Below, one piece after another: positions 1 through 9,998 of a DNA stretch of 58,354 bases. This stretch comes from an uncultured Erysipelotrichaceae bacterium (GTDB lineage Bacteria; Bacillota_I; Bacilli_A; RF39; UBA660): positions 1-58,354 of the forward strand of contig CACZAH010000005.1 in NCBI GenBank assembly GCA_902779035.1. The letters run 5' to 3'. Made by a program: the position numbers and the translations under genes. Under the pieces are notes generated by a model, which saw only the letters and a list, made by a program, of their open reading frames with translations, was not told where the DNA came from and did no database searches. Every line of letters begins with the position of its first letter. Positions within the stretch are counted from its first letter, which is position 1.

Positions 1-115
1 TTACTTCATATTTTTATACTTCATATACATAATAATACTATATTTAAAGCATTGAACTTTAGATGCTTATAGACTTTGCGCCAGCAATTTGGTACAATAG
101 ATTTGAGGTGCGATT

Positions 116-1072
116 ATGAAAAAAAATAATGTAATAACTTTTAGAGTATGTGAGAAAACACAAAACATGATGGATGAAGAATTAGATTGGTGCAAGAGAG
201 AAAAAACTCCACCTTACGCTAAATGGCAAGCTAAAGATGGAGATACAGTAATTACTTTGTATAACTCTGGTAAAGTTGTATTTCAAGGAAGTGATGCAGA
301 TTTAGCAAGTTCTTTTTGGATTGATACAGAACGTATTAATAGTGGTAAAGTTGATATTAAAAGTTCTGAGTCAACAAAAAAAGATAAGTTAGATAAATCT
401 ATTAAAGTAGATCCTAAAATATATAATTCATCTAGTATTGGTTCTGATGAGGTTGGCACTGGTGATTACTTTGGACCAATTGTTGTAACTGCTGCATATG
501 TATCAAAAGAAAATATTCCCTACTTAGAAGAATTGGGAGTAAAAGATTCTAAACAAATGTTAGATGATAAAATATTAGAAGTAGTACCTAAAATAATTAA
601 GAAAATACCATATGAATCTATGATACTAACAAATACTGAATATAATAATAAATACTCTAAGGATTTAAATCTAAATAAAATAAAAGCAATCATGCATAAT
701 AATGTATTATATAAGTTAAGAGAGTCTACACAAGTATATGACTATATAATAGTAGATGAGTTTGCTAAAGACTTTATATATTATAATTACTTAAGAGATA
801 ATCCTAATGTTGTTAAAAATATTACATTCTTAACCAAAGGAGAAACTAAAAGTTTAGCAGTAGCTGCTGCATCATTAATATCAAGATATATTTTTATAAA
901 AGAATTTGATAAACTATCAGATAAAGTTGGGATAAATCTTCCTAAAGGTGCAGGAGATTATGTAGATGATATAGCTTACTCTATCGCAAAAGAAAAAGGT
1001 ATGGACTACCTTAAAGATATAGCAAAACTAAACTTTAAAAACACAAAGAAAGTAGAAGAAAGATTAAGATAA
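116..1072 (+). CDS. rnhC: Ribonuclease HIII
   Basis: N-terminal TBP-like domain (ITLYNSGKVVFQG), GSDEVGTGDYFGP, VKDSK, VAAASLISR, KLNFKNT motifs. Confidence 0.93.
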   Translation: MKKNNVITFRVCEKTQNMMDEELDWCKREKTPPYAKWQAKDGDTVITLYNSGKVVFQGSDADLASSFWIDTERINSGKVDIKSSESTKKDKLDKSIKVDPKIYNSSSIGSDEVGTGDYFGPIVVTAAYVSKENIPYLEELGVKDSKQMLDDKILEVVPKIIKKIPYESMILTNTEYNNKYSKDLNLNKIKAIMHNNVLYKLRESTQVYDYIIVDEFAKDFIYYNYLRDNPNVVKNITFLTKGETKSLAVAAASLISRYIFIKEFDKLSDKVGINLPKGAGDYVDDIAYSIAKEKGMDYLKDIAKLNFKNTKKVEERLR

Positions 1073-1075
1073 TAC

Positions 1076-1588
1076 TTACATAAGTACTATCTTTTTTTCT
1101 CCTTCATAATGGCATACACAATCATATTTATCATTAGAAATAATATAACTATTACATTTAATTTTATTAATATCTAGATTCTTAAAGAATTCATCATCAA
1201 AGTCCCCTAATAATTTACAGTATGCTTCTTTTTTTACCCAAGATAATCTATAGTTACTATCTACATTTTTTAAATATAAGCATCTAGCTGAATTACTTAT
1301 ATTAAATATGTCTTCTATATCAATACCCAACTCAATATCAGATACTACACATGCAATATAATTTTTAGAATGACTATAACTAAACCTAATATTAGAATTA
1401 ATTATATAAGGTTTACCATTATCTTTATACTTAATACTGTTTATATCAAATTTAATACCAATTTTATCTAACATATTACTAAGTAATGCAAATGCTTTTT
1501 TTGTTTCATCTTTAAAATTACAAAACTTAATATCATCTTTAATAATTATATCATCTTTATTTTTAATACATATATATATTTTATCCAT
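1076..1588 (-). CDS. 4'-phosphopantetheinyl transferase (Sfp-like)
   Basis: GKPY, FSYSHS, LGIDIE, WVKKEAYCK motifs; lies at the end of the NRPS operon. Confidence 0.88.
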   Translation of the reverse strand: MDKIYICIKNKDDIIIKDDIKFCNFKDETKKAFALLSNMLDKIGIKFDINSIKYKDNGKPYIINSNIRFSYSHSKNYIACVVSDIELGIDIEDIFNISNSARCLYLKNVDSNYRLSWVKKEAYCKLLGDFDDEFFKNLDINKIKCNSYIISNDKYDCVCHYEGEKKIVLM

Positions 1589-1600
1589 GCCTTATCCATA

Positions 1601-1891
1601 CTACTTAATATTTAAAATATCATTAAATCCCGTTACTTCAAAAATATCTAATACATCATCACATACATTAATTATTTCGAGAGTTCCTTTTTTATTCATC
1701 TCTTTTTGCATAGTTAATAATACTCTAAGTCCTGCAGATGATATATAGTTTAATTTTTTTAAATCTAACACTATATTTGTCTCATCTAACTTTTTATATT
1801 CACTTTCTAAATTAGGAGACGTAGTTGTATCTAATCTTCCTTCTAAACTTATAATAAGTTTATCTTCATTTTTATTTAAATTAATATTCAT
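1601..1891 (-). CDS. STAS-domain anti-sigma factor antagonist
   Basis: LEGRLDT, YISSAGLRVLL (phosphoacceptor Ser), IFEVTGF. Confidence 0.92.
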   Translation of the reverse strand: MNINLNKNEDKLIISLEGRLDTTTSPNLESEYKKLDETNIVLDLKKLNYISSAGLRVLLTMQKEMNKKGTLEIINVCDDVLDIFEVTGFNDILNIK

Positions 1892-1905
1892 AACATTCCT
1901 TCTTT

Positions 1906-3255
1906 CTATAAATAATTATACTTCTTTTTATATTTTATAATAAACACTATTGAGATAATAAGAGCAAGTGCTTCTGCCGTTGGCCATGATATCCAAAGTC
2001 CAATACCTTTAAACAAGTAAGAAAGTCCAAATAAACATATAACAAGTATTACTAGAGATCTTACTATCGATAAGAATCCTGATACTAAGCCATTAGAGAA
2101 TGCCGTAAATAATCCTGAATAGAATGTATTATAACCACAAAATATAGTGGCTAGTATTGATATATTTAATCCTAATTTAGTAATATTATAAATCTTAGTA
2201 CCTTCTTTAAAGAATATAGATATTATCTCATCATTAAAGATAAATACTATTGTCATTATAAGTATAGATATTAAGAATATCCAAATATTACTTAGTTTAA
2301 ACACATTCTTACGCTCAGCTATATTACCACTACCATAGTGATAACTAAATACAGGTTCTACTGCTGATGTAAATCCCATATATATTGCTTCTATAAAAAA
2401 TTGTAAGTAAAACACTATTGATAGAGAGCTTACGCCAATTTCTCCATAATATTTACCAGCAATATGATTCATAATCATAGTAGTTACTGCACCAGCTAGA
2501 TTAGATACCATATCAGATGAACCGTTAAATGATATTACACCTATTTCTTTTAAATTAAGTTTAGTAAACTTAATTGTATATTTACTTCTTTTAAATATTA
2601 TGTAGTAGAAGAAAGCAAATATAATAGTACTAGAGTATCCTATTACAGTAGCAATTCCTGCACCCCTAATACCTAAGTGTAAGTGCTTCATAAAAATATA
2701 ATCAAGTACACAGTTAAAAATCCCGCCTATCATTATAACTAAGGCAGCAGTAACACTCTTACCTTCGCCAATAATAAGTATCCCAAGTGCAGATTGTAAC
2801 ATGATAGTTATGGAAAAACTAGTCATAATTACATAATAATCTTTTAAATAACCAATATTACCACTAGTCGCACCACAAATACGCATAATTGGTTCTTGAA
2901 ATACTAGACATAATATAGTTAATATAACTGATAGAATAAGTGCAAATAAGATGGTATTAGAGAAAGACTTACTTGCATCATCAATATTACCCTCACCTAT
3001 TTTTTTTACTATTATTGCATTTGCTCCAGTTCCAAGCATTACACCAATTGCAACAAACAAGTATAAAAGAGGCATATATAAATTAACCGCACCAATAGCA
3101 AGTTCTCCTACATATTTTTCAATAAAGAATCCATCAACTGTTTGATAAAATGCAATAAATAGAAAAGTAAAGATACTAGGAAAAACAAATTTCATTAAAG
3201 AGAAGAAATCAAAATGCTTAGATAATTCTTTGTCTTCATTATTAATATTATCCAT
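1906..3255 (-). CDS. MATE family efflux transporter
   Basis: About 12 TM segments, YQTVDGFF, NCVLDYIF..GIRGAGIAT motifs. Confidence 0.9.
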   Translation of the reverse strand: MDNINNEDKELSKHFDFFSLMKFVFPSIFTFLFIAFYQTVDGFFIEKYVGELAIGAVNLYMPLLYLFVAIGVMLGTGANAIIVKKIGEGNIDDASKSFSNTILFALILSVILTILCLVFQEPIMRICGATSGNIGYLKDYYVIMTSFSITIMLQSALGILIIGEGKSVTAALVIMIGGIFNCVLDYIFMKHLHLGIRGAGIATVIGYSSTIIFAFFYYIIFKRSKYTIKFTKLNLKEIGVISFNGSSDMVSNLAGAVTTMIMNHIAGKYYGEIGVSSLSIVFYLQFFIEAIYMGFTSAVEPVFSYHYGSGNIAERKNVFKLSNIWIFLISILIMTIVFIFNDEIISIFFKEGTKIYNITKLGLNISILATIFCGYNTFYSGLFTAFSNGLVSGFLSIVRSLVILVICLFGLSYLFKGIGLWISWPTAEALALIISIVFIIKYKKKYNYL

Positions 3256-3268
3256 GATTACCTCAAAT

Positions 3269-6200
3269 TTATCTTTTCATACTAAAGATACTCATTACTT
3301 TCCTAAATATGCTATTATTTGTATCTAACTTCTTCTTTATATCTAATACAGTTATATCATCTTGTGTTGTATGATGAATTAAAAGCTGTGTTACTTTAAT
3401 GAATATATCTTTAAATTTAACCATAGATTCATTTTTATATCTACTTGATGCATAATCCATCATAATCTCTAGTCCATCACTACCATCTAATATTTGAATA
3501 TCAAGTAAATCTTGCGCAGCTGCTTGATTTTGTCTTACATCAATCATTTCGATATTCATATCACTAAGATCTCCACCATCTCTTATATCCTGTTGATATA
3601 AAAGGCAAGCACCATCTTCGGCAACTACATTAGCATCCAACTCTTCATACGGATAGCAACTATATTTAATACCCTCTTGTACTTGTTTATGAACACTTTG
3701 ATATAATTCTCTTACAGTTCTTTTATCACTTAATTTTAAAGCAACAGGTAATTCTCTAAATAATAGTCCGACACTAGACATTGAATAAATATCATCACGG
3801 CCATTATAAATCCATGATATCTTAATATTATTTTTTTTATTGTATATAGATATTGCAATTATTGCAACTGTAATAAAGAACTCATTTCTGCTTGTTTTAA
3901 ATTTCTTTTCTATTAGAGACATTTCTTCATCTTTAATATTTAAAGTAGACAATATATCTCCTATTTCATTTTCTCTTGATTCTTGATCAATCTTAGGGGC
4001 GGTTGACCACTCAATATTTTCATAAGTATCAGTAAAATACTTTTCTGCTTCTTGATAAAGAGTTGTATTCATCTCTTTTTCTCTTTTATCAAGAATATAA
4101 TAATAGTAATCTTTATCAATCTCAATACCCATATAAGACTTAACCATAGCTTCCATCAATACTTTAAATGAAGTACCATCAAATAGCGAATGATGAACAT
4201 CAAAGAATGCATATACATTTTTCTCTGTTTCAAATACACGACATCTATAAAGTCTAGAATTAGTAAGTTTAAATGGCATTACTAATGTATCTTTTATATT
4301 ATTAAAATCAAATTCTGAAATATGTTCTACTCTAATTTTTTCTAATACTTCCGGTGTATACTTTTGAACTATCTCTCCGTCATCATTAAAATGAAATGTT
4401 GTAAGAAGTGCTTTAAAATTCTTAATCGTATTATACATTGCTTTAGCTAAATCTTTAGCATTATATAAATTTTTATCTGCCTTTAACATAGTAAATAAGT
4501 TAAACATAGTAGATTTAGGAGTATATAATTGATAATCTACCATATATAATTGTTCAGCAGTAAGTTTGTGCTCTAGCTTCATTGACTCTTCATTTTTAAT
4601 TTCAGGTGAAACTCCGTCATCACTAACTATAGACTCACTATATATTTTCGCAATTTCTTTGGCATTTCTTCCTCTAAATATTTGAGCAACATTTAATCCT
4701 TCTAATTTTGATTCAACAATTACTTCAATTGCTCCTAGTGAATCTCCACCAAGTTCATAAAAATCATCATTAATACCTACTCTATCTAGTTTTAAAACTT
4801 TACTAAATGCATTACATATTGCCTTTTCAATGTCATTAGTAGGCTCCACATAGTTTGTTTTAAAATCTTTAGTATCAGGAACTGGTAGAGCTTTTCTATC
4901 TAATTTACCACTTGCTTTAAGTGGAATACTATCAATCTTCATAAAATATGCAGGAAGCATGTAATAAGGAAGTCTTTTTAATAACTCACTTCTAACGTCA
5001 TCTAAGTTAAACTCTACATCATCTTTATAATATGCACAAATATATGATTGATTAGCTTCATTAAATCCACGTACTACAACAAAACTAACATTAAGTACTT
5101 GTTTTACTGCAGCCTCTATTTCAGCAGGTTCTATTCTATTACCATTAATCTTAATCATATCATTATTACGTCCAAGTAAAACTAACTTTCCATTTGCATC
5201 AAACTTAGCTAAATCTCCTGAGTGATATATACCGTCCTTTAATGCTTTTTTAGTTTCTTCTTCTAGATTGATGTATCCCCTAAAATATGGATTATCAAAA
5301 CATAACTCTCCAGTTTCACCATTTTTTACTTCATTTCCTTCGTCATCTAATAATTTAATATTTAAATAAGGTAATGTTTTAGTTCCAATAGGACATGTTT
5401 CATAAGATTTATCTATCTTAAACATTGATACAATAAATGCACTTTCACTCATCATATAAGTATTACATAGTTTAACGCCTTTTAAATATACGTTATTAGC
5501 AGGTTCACTACCAACAATTAATGTTTTTAAAAATGGTCCAGTAGTTCCCTTTAACATTCTTACATAAGATGGAGTTAAGAATGTTAATGATATAGTTTTT
5601 TCTAACATGAATTTTTTTAAAGCAACAGGATTTTTTAATGTTGAATAAGATACAATATATAATTTTGCTTTATCAATTTCTGCACCATAATATAGTACAT
5701 ACATAATAAATATAGTTGAAGCAATAAAGTTAAGAGGTGCAACTAAAGCTCCATGTTCATTCTTTTTAACTAATGCCTCAGTCTCACTTATTTTAACAGA
5801 CTCAACGCTTCTTAAGATATTACCATACTCATGTAATACACCTTTAGGATTCCCCGTAGTACCTGATGTATAAATTGCAAATGCTGCATCATGCAAATCA
5901 GACTCTACATATCCATCAAGAGAATCTAACTTCATAATAGAGTCCCAAGTATCACTATTAATCTCTGCCTTACAATTACAATCTTTACGAATAAATTCTA
6001 TTCTATCAGGTGCATAATTATCCTCAACAACAGTAAATGCAGCCCCAGCTTTCCATACACCTACCATAGCCATTACTACCTGTACTCCACGTGGTAGATT
6101 AATTAAAACAAAATCTTCACGTCCTACACCAATACTTGTTAAATAATTATAAATCTTACCAGATACTTCATCAATTTTTGCATAACTAATACCTTTAGTA

Positions 6201-6277
6201 TTAACTTCATCAAAAAATAACGAATGATTTGGATTCTTTTTAACATTTTCACCAAACTTTTTTACAAAAGATTTCAC
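3269..6277 (-). CDS. Stand-alone NRPS-like protein, adenylation-thiolation-condensation (A-T-C)
   Basis: A core YTSGTTGNPKG, YHSGDL, KINGNRIEPAEIE, SGKLDRKALP; PCP DDFYELGGDSL; C-domain HHSLFDG; GTG start after GGAGG. Confidence 0.9.
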   Translation of the reverse strand: MKSFVKKFGENVKKNPNHSLFFDEVNTKGISYAKIDEVSGKIYNYLTSIGVGREDFVLINLPRGVQVVMAMVGVWKAGAAFTVVEDNYAPDRIEFIRKDCNCKAEINSDTWDSIMKLDSLDGYVESDLHDAAFAIYTSGTTGNPKGVLHEYGNILRSVESVKISETEALVKKNEHGALVAPLNFIASTIFIMYVLYYGAEIDKAKLYIVSYSTLKNPVALKKFMLEKTISLTFLTPSYVRMLKGTTGPFLKTLIVGSEPANNVYLKGVKLCNTYMMSESAFIVSMFKIDKSYETCPIGTKTLPYLNIKLLDDEGNEVKNGETGELCFDNPYFRGYINLEEETKKALKDGIYHSGDLAKFDANGKLVLLGRNNDMIKINGNRIEPAEIEAAVKQVLNVSFVVVRGFNEANQSYICAYYKDDVEFNLDDVRSELLKRLPYYMLPAYFMKIDSIPLKASGKLDRKALPVPDTKDFKTNYVEPTNDIEKAICNAFSKVLKLDRVGINDDFYELGGDSLGAIEVIVESKLEGLNVAQIFRGRNAKEIAKIYSESIVSDDGVSPEIKNEESMKLEHKLTAEQLYMVDYQLYTPKSTMFNLFTMLKADKNLYNAKDLAKAMYNTIKNFKALLTTFHFNDDGEIVQKYTPEVLEKIRVEHISEFDFNNIKDTLVMPFKLTNSRLYRCRVFETEKNVYAFFDVHHSLFDGTSFKVLMEAMVKSYMGIEIDKDYYYYILDKREKEMNTTLYQEAEKYFTDTYENIEWSTAPKIDQESRENEIGDILSTLNIKDEEMSLIEKKFKTSRNEFFITVAIIAISIYNKKNNIKISWIYNGRDDIYSMSSVGLLFRELPVALKLSDKRTVRELYQSVHKQVQEGIKYSCYPYEELDANVVAEDGACLLYQQDIRDGGDLSDMNIEMIDVRQNQAAAQDLLDIQILDGSDGLEIMMDYASSRYKNESMVKFKDIFIKVTQLLIHHTTQDDITVLDIKKKLDTNNSIFRKVMSIFSMKR

Positions 6278-6291
6278 AAATAAATTACCTC

Positions 6292-8295
6292 CTACTCATG
6301 CCTTTTTTCTATTGTTAGTATATTTTTATTATCTTTATATTCATATTCTACATTATCCATCATCTTTTTTACTAAGTAAATACCAAGCCCACCTATAGGT
6401 CTTTCATCAACACTTAAAGATAAATCCGGATCATCTTTTATAAGAGGATTAAAATGTTTACCATTATCAATAAAAGTTATAATCGTTTTATCATCATTAT
6501 CTTTAATACTAATTGTAACAGTATTATTAGTATCGTTATCAGAATATGCATAAGATACAATATTTACAAATATTTCTTCAACAACTAAATTAAATTTTTT
6601 AAGCAACTTACTATCTTTAATATCTTTAATCCCATCATCAATAAACTTAAGTACATTATTTAATTCATCCATACTAGCATTAAACTTTTTCTTCATTGCG
6701 CTATCTCCTTTATATATAAGTGCCATCATAGTTAAATCATCAAACTGTGTAGCCTCTCCTACAAATGTATCTACTTTATTTTTTACTTCATTTAATAATT
6801 CTTTTGTATTTAAATCTTTAAGCTCATTTAATGTATCAACCATTCTATCTAAGTTAAACATCTCAAGCTCACTATTAGTAGCTTCAGGTAGTCCATCAGT
6901 ATATAAGAATAACTTATCGCCCTTATTTAATATAACCTCATTATTTTTATATTCATAATCTTCCATCGCACCAATAGGAATTCCATGTTTTGTTTTATTT
7001 AATTTAAACCCATCACCATTTTTAAGCACAAAATCTTCATGACCAGCATTTGCAAATACTAACTTTCCTGTAGATAATTCAAATATTCCAAGCCATACTG
7101 TAACAAACATATTAGCCTTATTATTATTACATACCCTGTTATTTACCGTAGTTAATACCTGAGCTGGATCCTTAAGTGATAAAGAATACTCGGATATTAA
7201 TATCTTAGTTACCATCATAAATAAAGCAGCAGGAACTCCCTTACCAGATACATCTGCAATCACAAGCATTAAATGATCATCATCGATAAGATTAAAATCA
7301 TAGAAATCTCCACCAACTTCCTTAGCAGGAGTCATGGATGCATAAAGTTCAAATGATTCATTACTAGGAAAATTAGTAGGTAGAGAGTTTTCCTGTATTA
7401 AACTAGCTAGTTTTAACTCTGTACCAATACGTTCTTTTTCTTTAGTTGCAGCCTTAATATCTTCAATATACTTAATAGTATCCTTCTCCATCTTATCTAT
7501 AGAAAGAGCAAGAGAAGTAACCTCACTTATATTACTAATATTACTTAAATTATTCTTACTTCTATTACTTAGAGTCGCAAAACGTTTAGACTCCCTACTT
7601 ACCTTTTCAATAGGCCTTATAATTTGTTTCTTTAAGAAGTTTAAAGCCAGAATAATAGTAATAATAATTATAATAAAAGTTAATATACTTACATTAAAAA
7701 CATAACCAAATCTTGCCCTAGTTAAGCCTCTCATAAACCTTTGAACACATAAAATTGCTTTAACATTACCATTACTATCAGTAAGAGGAATAAGTGAAGT
7801 TATATGCGGTAAAGCACCATTTAAATTTCTATTTCTAATAACAGTAGCCCTAACTCTACCTCTTTCCATAATCTCTTTATAATGCTTTTCGTACTCCTTA
7901 TTTGTAGTTTTCTTCTTAGAACCAATAACCCAAGGAGTATAACCACTACCCGCACTAACAGAATTAAAAATACTAGTAAAATGCTTATAATCACTATCAG
8001 GTTTAATAACATAAATAACAGATACATCCTGTTTATTAGTTAGAATATTTAATCTATCATTAGTAATCTTATACTCTTCATTATCCCCATTACTCTCAAG
8101 ATATGACTCAAGATTATCTACTTTAATCAAAGCAGCAGCAGTTTTAGCAGTCCTATAAGCAGAATCATTATACTCATGCGTATAATACCTAGTAAATCTT
8201 CTATATCCTACAATAACCATCAATACAGCAAATGAAAGTAATAATATAACTATCGATCTTACAATAACATACTCCAAACTCTTATTCTTCTTCAA
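6292..8295 (-). CDS. Membrane sensor PP2C (RsbU/SpoIIE-like) phosphatase fused to RsbW-like anti-sigma kinase (HATPase_c_2)
   Basis: 2 TM + HAMP-like linker; VGGDFYD, IADVSGKG, YTDGLPEA, DDLT; C-terminal EEIFVNIVSYAY, DNGKHFNP, GGLGIYLVK. Confidence 0.88.
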   Translation of the reverse strand: MKKNKSLEYVIVRSIVILLLSFAVLMVIVGYRRFTRYYTHEYNDSAYRTAKTAAALIKVDNLESYLESNGDNEEYKITNDRLNILTNKQDVSVIYVIKPDSDYKHFTSIFNSVSAGSGYTPWVIGSKKKTTNKEYEKHYKEIMERGRVRATVIRNRNLNGALPHITSLIPLTDSNGNVKAILCVQRFMRGLTRARFGYVFNVSILTFIIIIITIILALNFLKKQIIRPIEKVSRESKRFATLSNRSKNNLSNISNISEVTSLALSIDKMEKDTIKYIEDIKAATKEKERIGTELKLASLIQENSLPTNFPSNESFELYASMTPAKEVGGDFYDFNLIDDDHLMLVIADVSGKGVPAALFMMVTKILISEYSLSLKDPAQVLTTVNNRVCNNNKANMFVTVWLGIFELSTGKLVFANAGHEDFVLKNGDGFKLNKTKHGIPIGAMEDYEYKNNEVILNKGDKLFLYTDGLPEATNSELEMFNLDRMVDTLNELKDLNTKELLNEVKNKVDTFVGEATQFDDLTMMALIYKGDSAMKKKFNASMDELNNVLKFIDDGIKDIKDSKLLKKFNLVVEEIFVNIVSYAYSDNDTNNTVTISIKDNDDKTIITFIDNGKHFNPLIKDDPDLSLSVDERPIGGLGIYLVKKMMDNVEYEYKDNKNILTIEKRHE

Positions 8296-8355
8296 AACAA
8301 CTCACCTTCAACATTTTAAGTATACCAAAATACGTACAAAATAACAATATAATTA

Positions 8356-8388
8356 AAAAATATTCCTAGTTTAATTAGGAATATTTTT
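8356..8388. terminator. Rho-independent terminator-like hairpin downstream of pilin-like pseudogene
   Basis: aaaaaatattcctagtt / aattaggaatattttt inverted repeat flanked by A/T tracts. Confidence 0.6.
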
Positions 8389-8419
8389 ACTAATTGCATG
8401 ATTAATTTACATATAATAT

Positions 8420-9294
8420 CTACTCAGTAGGAAGTACTGATTTATCTAGGATGATGACAGGACGAACAACAGGATTTATTAAAGCAACACTCGCATTTTT
8501 AAATTCACCATATTCCTCTACTACTATAATACCAGAATCCCCTGACAATGAGTTGGTCCAGTACGTATAATTTCTATTATAAATCCATTCATATTTTGGC
8601 AATTGTCTTATTTCTATTTCACAACTACCGCATGGTTTAACTTCTTTACTTTCAATTTCTATTTCATCTTGTAATATCAATCTTGCTTCACTTGCCGCTG
8701 GGGCTTGTGCTGTTTTCCAAGCATCAACTGTTGTTTTTACATATGAAGTAGAATAAACACTACTTTCTGAATGATATTGCATTCCTCCATAGCCATTTCT
8801 GTCATATGTTTGTGCTCCTGTACCATTTGAGTATGTTTGTACTTCTTCATATGATAATGGTTCTGCTTTTAACATTGTTACTGTTGATTCTGTTGCATCT
8901 GAATCTTTAATTACATAATAATTTATATTATTGTATGTAACTTGATCTCCTACGTATAGTTTTCTACATTTCTTCCTGTAACTGTACAACCTGCAAGATA
9001 TACACTTGAATCAGTGTTGATTTGTGTTGTTGAACACTCTACTTTATTTCCTGAGTATTCAATTGTTAGTTGTGATACTTCTGTTGGAAATTTACCTGTA
9101 TCAAGTAAATAACCTGCAATTGCTAGTTCAATACTTCTTCCATATGCATCAATACTTCGCCTGTCTGCAGAAATACGTGCTTTTCTAATTATATTCATAA
9201 CAAGTGGAGTAACTATTAATGCAATTATTGCCATAATTACTAATACTCCTATTAACTCGATTAATGTAAATGCATTTCTTTTACTATTTGCCAT
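8420..9294 (-). pseudogene. Frameshifted prepilin-type (class III signal) protein with C-terminal DUF6273/C-type-lectin-like domain
   Basis: ORFs 8950-9303 (KRNA|FTLIELI) and 8420-8989 align end to end with intact paralog 41607-42500; about 13 codons are missing at ~8950, causing a frameshift. Confidence 0.8.
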
Positions 9295-9376
9295 ATTTAT
9301 CATTCCTTTCCATTCAATCTTTTTAAAATTTTCTTTAAAGCATTACACACGCTAGTCACTAATGTGCTCTAATTAT

Positions 9377-9485
9377 ATCATGGACTTGTTTTTAGTGTAT
9401 ACCATGATTACACTTTTTATACATTTATTATTCCTATCTCGCCTCACCTTACCTTCTAATACTAGAGTCAACCCCTATTTTGAAA
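9377..9485 (-). promoter_or_regulatory. Conserved pilin-gene leader and collapsed promoter (TTGACT -35 kept, spacer and -10 missing)
   Basis: Colinear similarity to 42524-42652; the 21 nt T15AGTAAA present there is absent here. Confidence 0.65.
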
Positions 9486-9639
9486 AAATTTATTTTTCAT
9501 TACAAACAATTCTTATTTTACCTCCTTTTCATATTTATATTATGATGAAAAAAGCATTCCGTTTTTATGATTAACACGATAAAATTTAATTAAAGAAAGA
9601 AAGAAAGAGATTATTCTAACATTATTAGAAAGGAGGTTA

Positions 9640-9807
9640 ATGATATGGCTAATGAAAGTTGCAAAAGAAATGGGATATGATTTTACTTTAGAAGAATATA
9701 AAGATGCAAATGGTGTATATTTTAAGAAACTAGGAGTCTGGAAAACAATAAAAACACTCTGGCATTTTAGTAAAGTAGTTAAATCTGCAGAAAAAGAAAA
9801 TAAATAA
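9640..9807 (+). pseudogene. Small ORF or remnant with Nif11-like leader motif (VAKEMGYDFTLEEY)
   Basis: 55-aa ORF not in the track, downstream of AGGAGG (9631-9636); the best-spaced ATG (9645) is out of frame, suggesting an internal deletion. Confidence 0.4.
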
Positions 9808-9877
9808 ATGCTAAATGCTTACTAAAGTAAAATGGCTGAAAACAACGGCCATTTTACTTTTTATATTATCTAATGAA

Positions 9878-9940
9878 TACTCCCCGGGTCAAGACCTCGA
9901 TTGTCCTGATGGACAATCGACTCTCTTCGAGAGCGGGGTA
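9878..9940. repeat. GC-rich multi-branched palindrome (REP-like or structured RNA)
   Basis: Closing stem ccccg/cgggg enclosing arms ggtc/gacc, tcgattgtcc/ggacaatcga and ctctc/gagag. Confidence 0.6.
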
Positions 9941-9998
9941 TCTATAATCTGCAGTTTAACAACTGCTCACTTATTAAAATGTTGCAAACTGGATATTT

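Noticed and set aside
9362-9574. ORF 9362-9574 (+) and the similar ORF 42397-42660 (+)
   Set aside because: Shared sequence is read in different frames, so conservation is non-coding (pilin leader on the minus strand)
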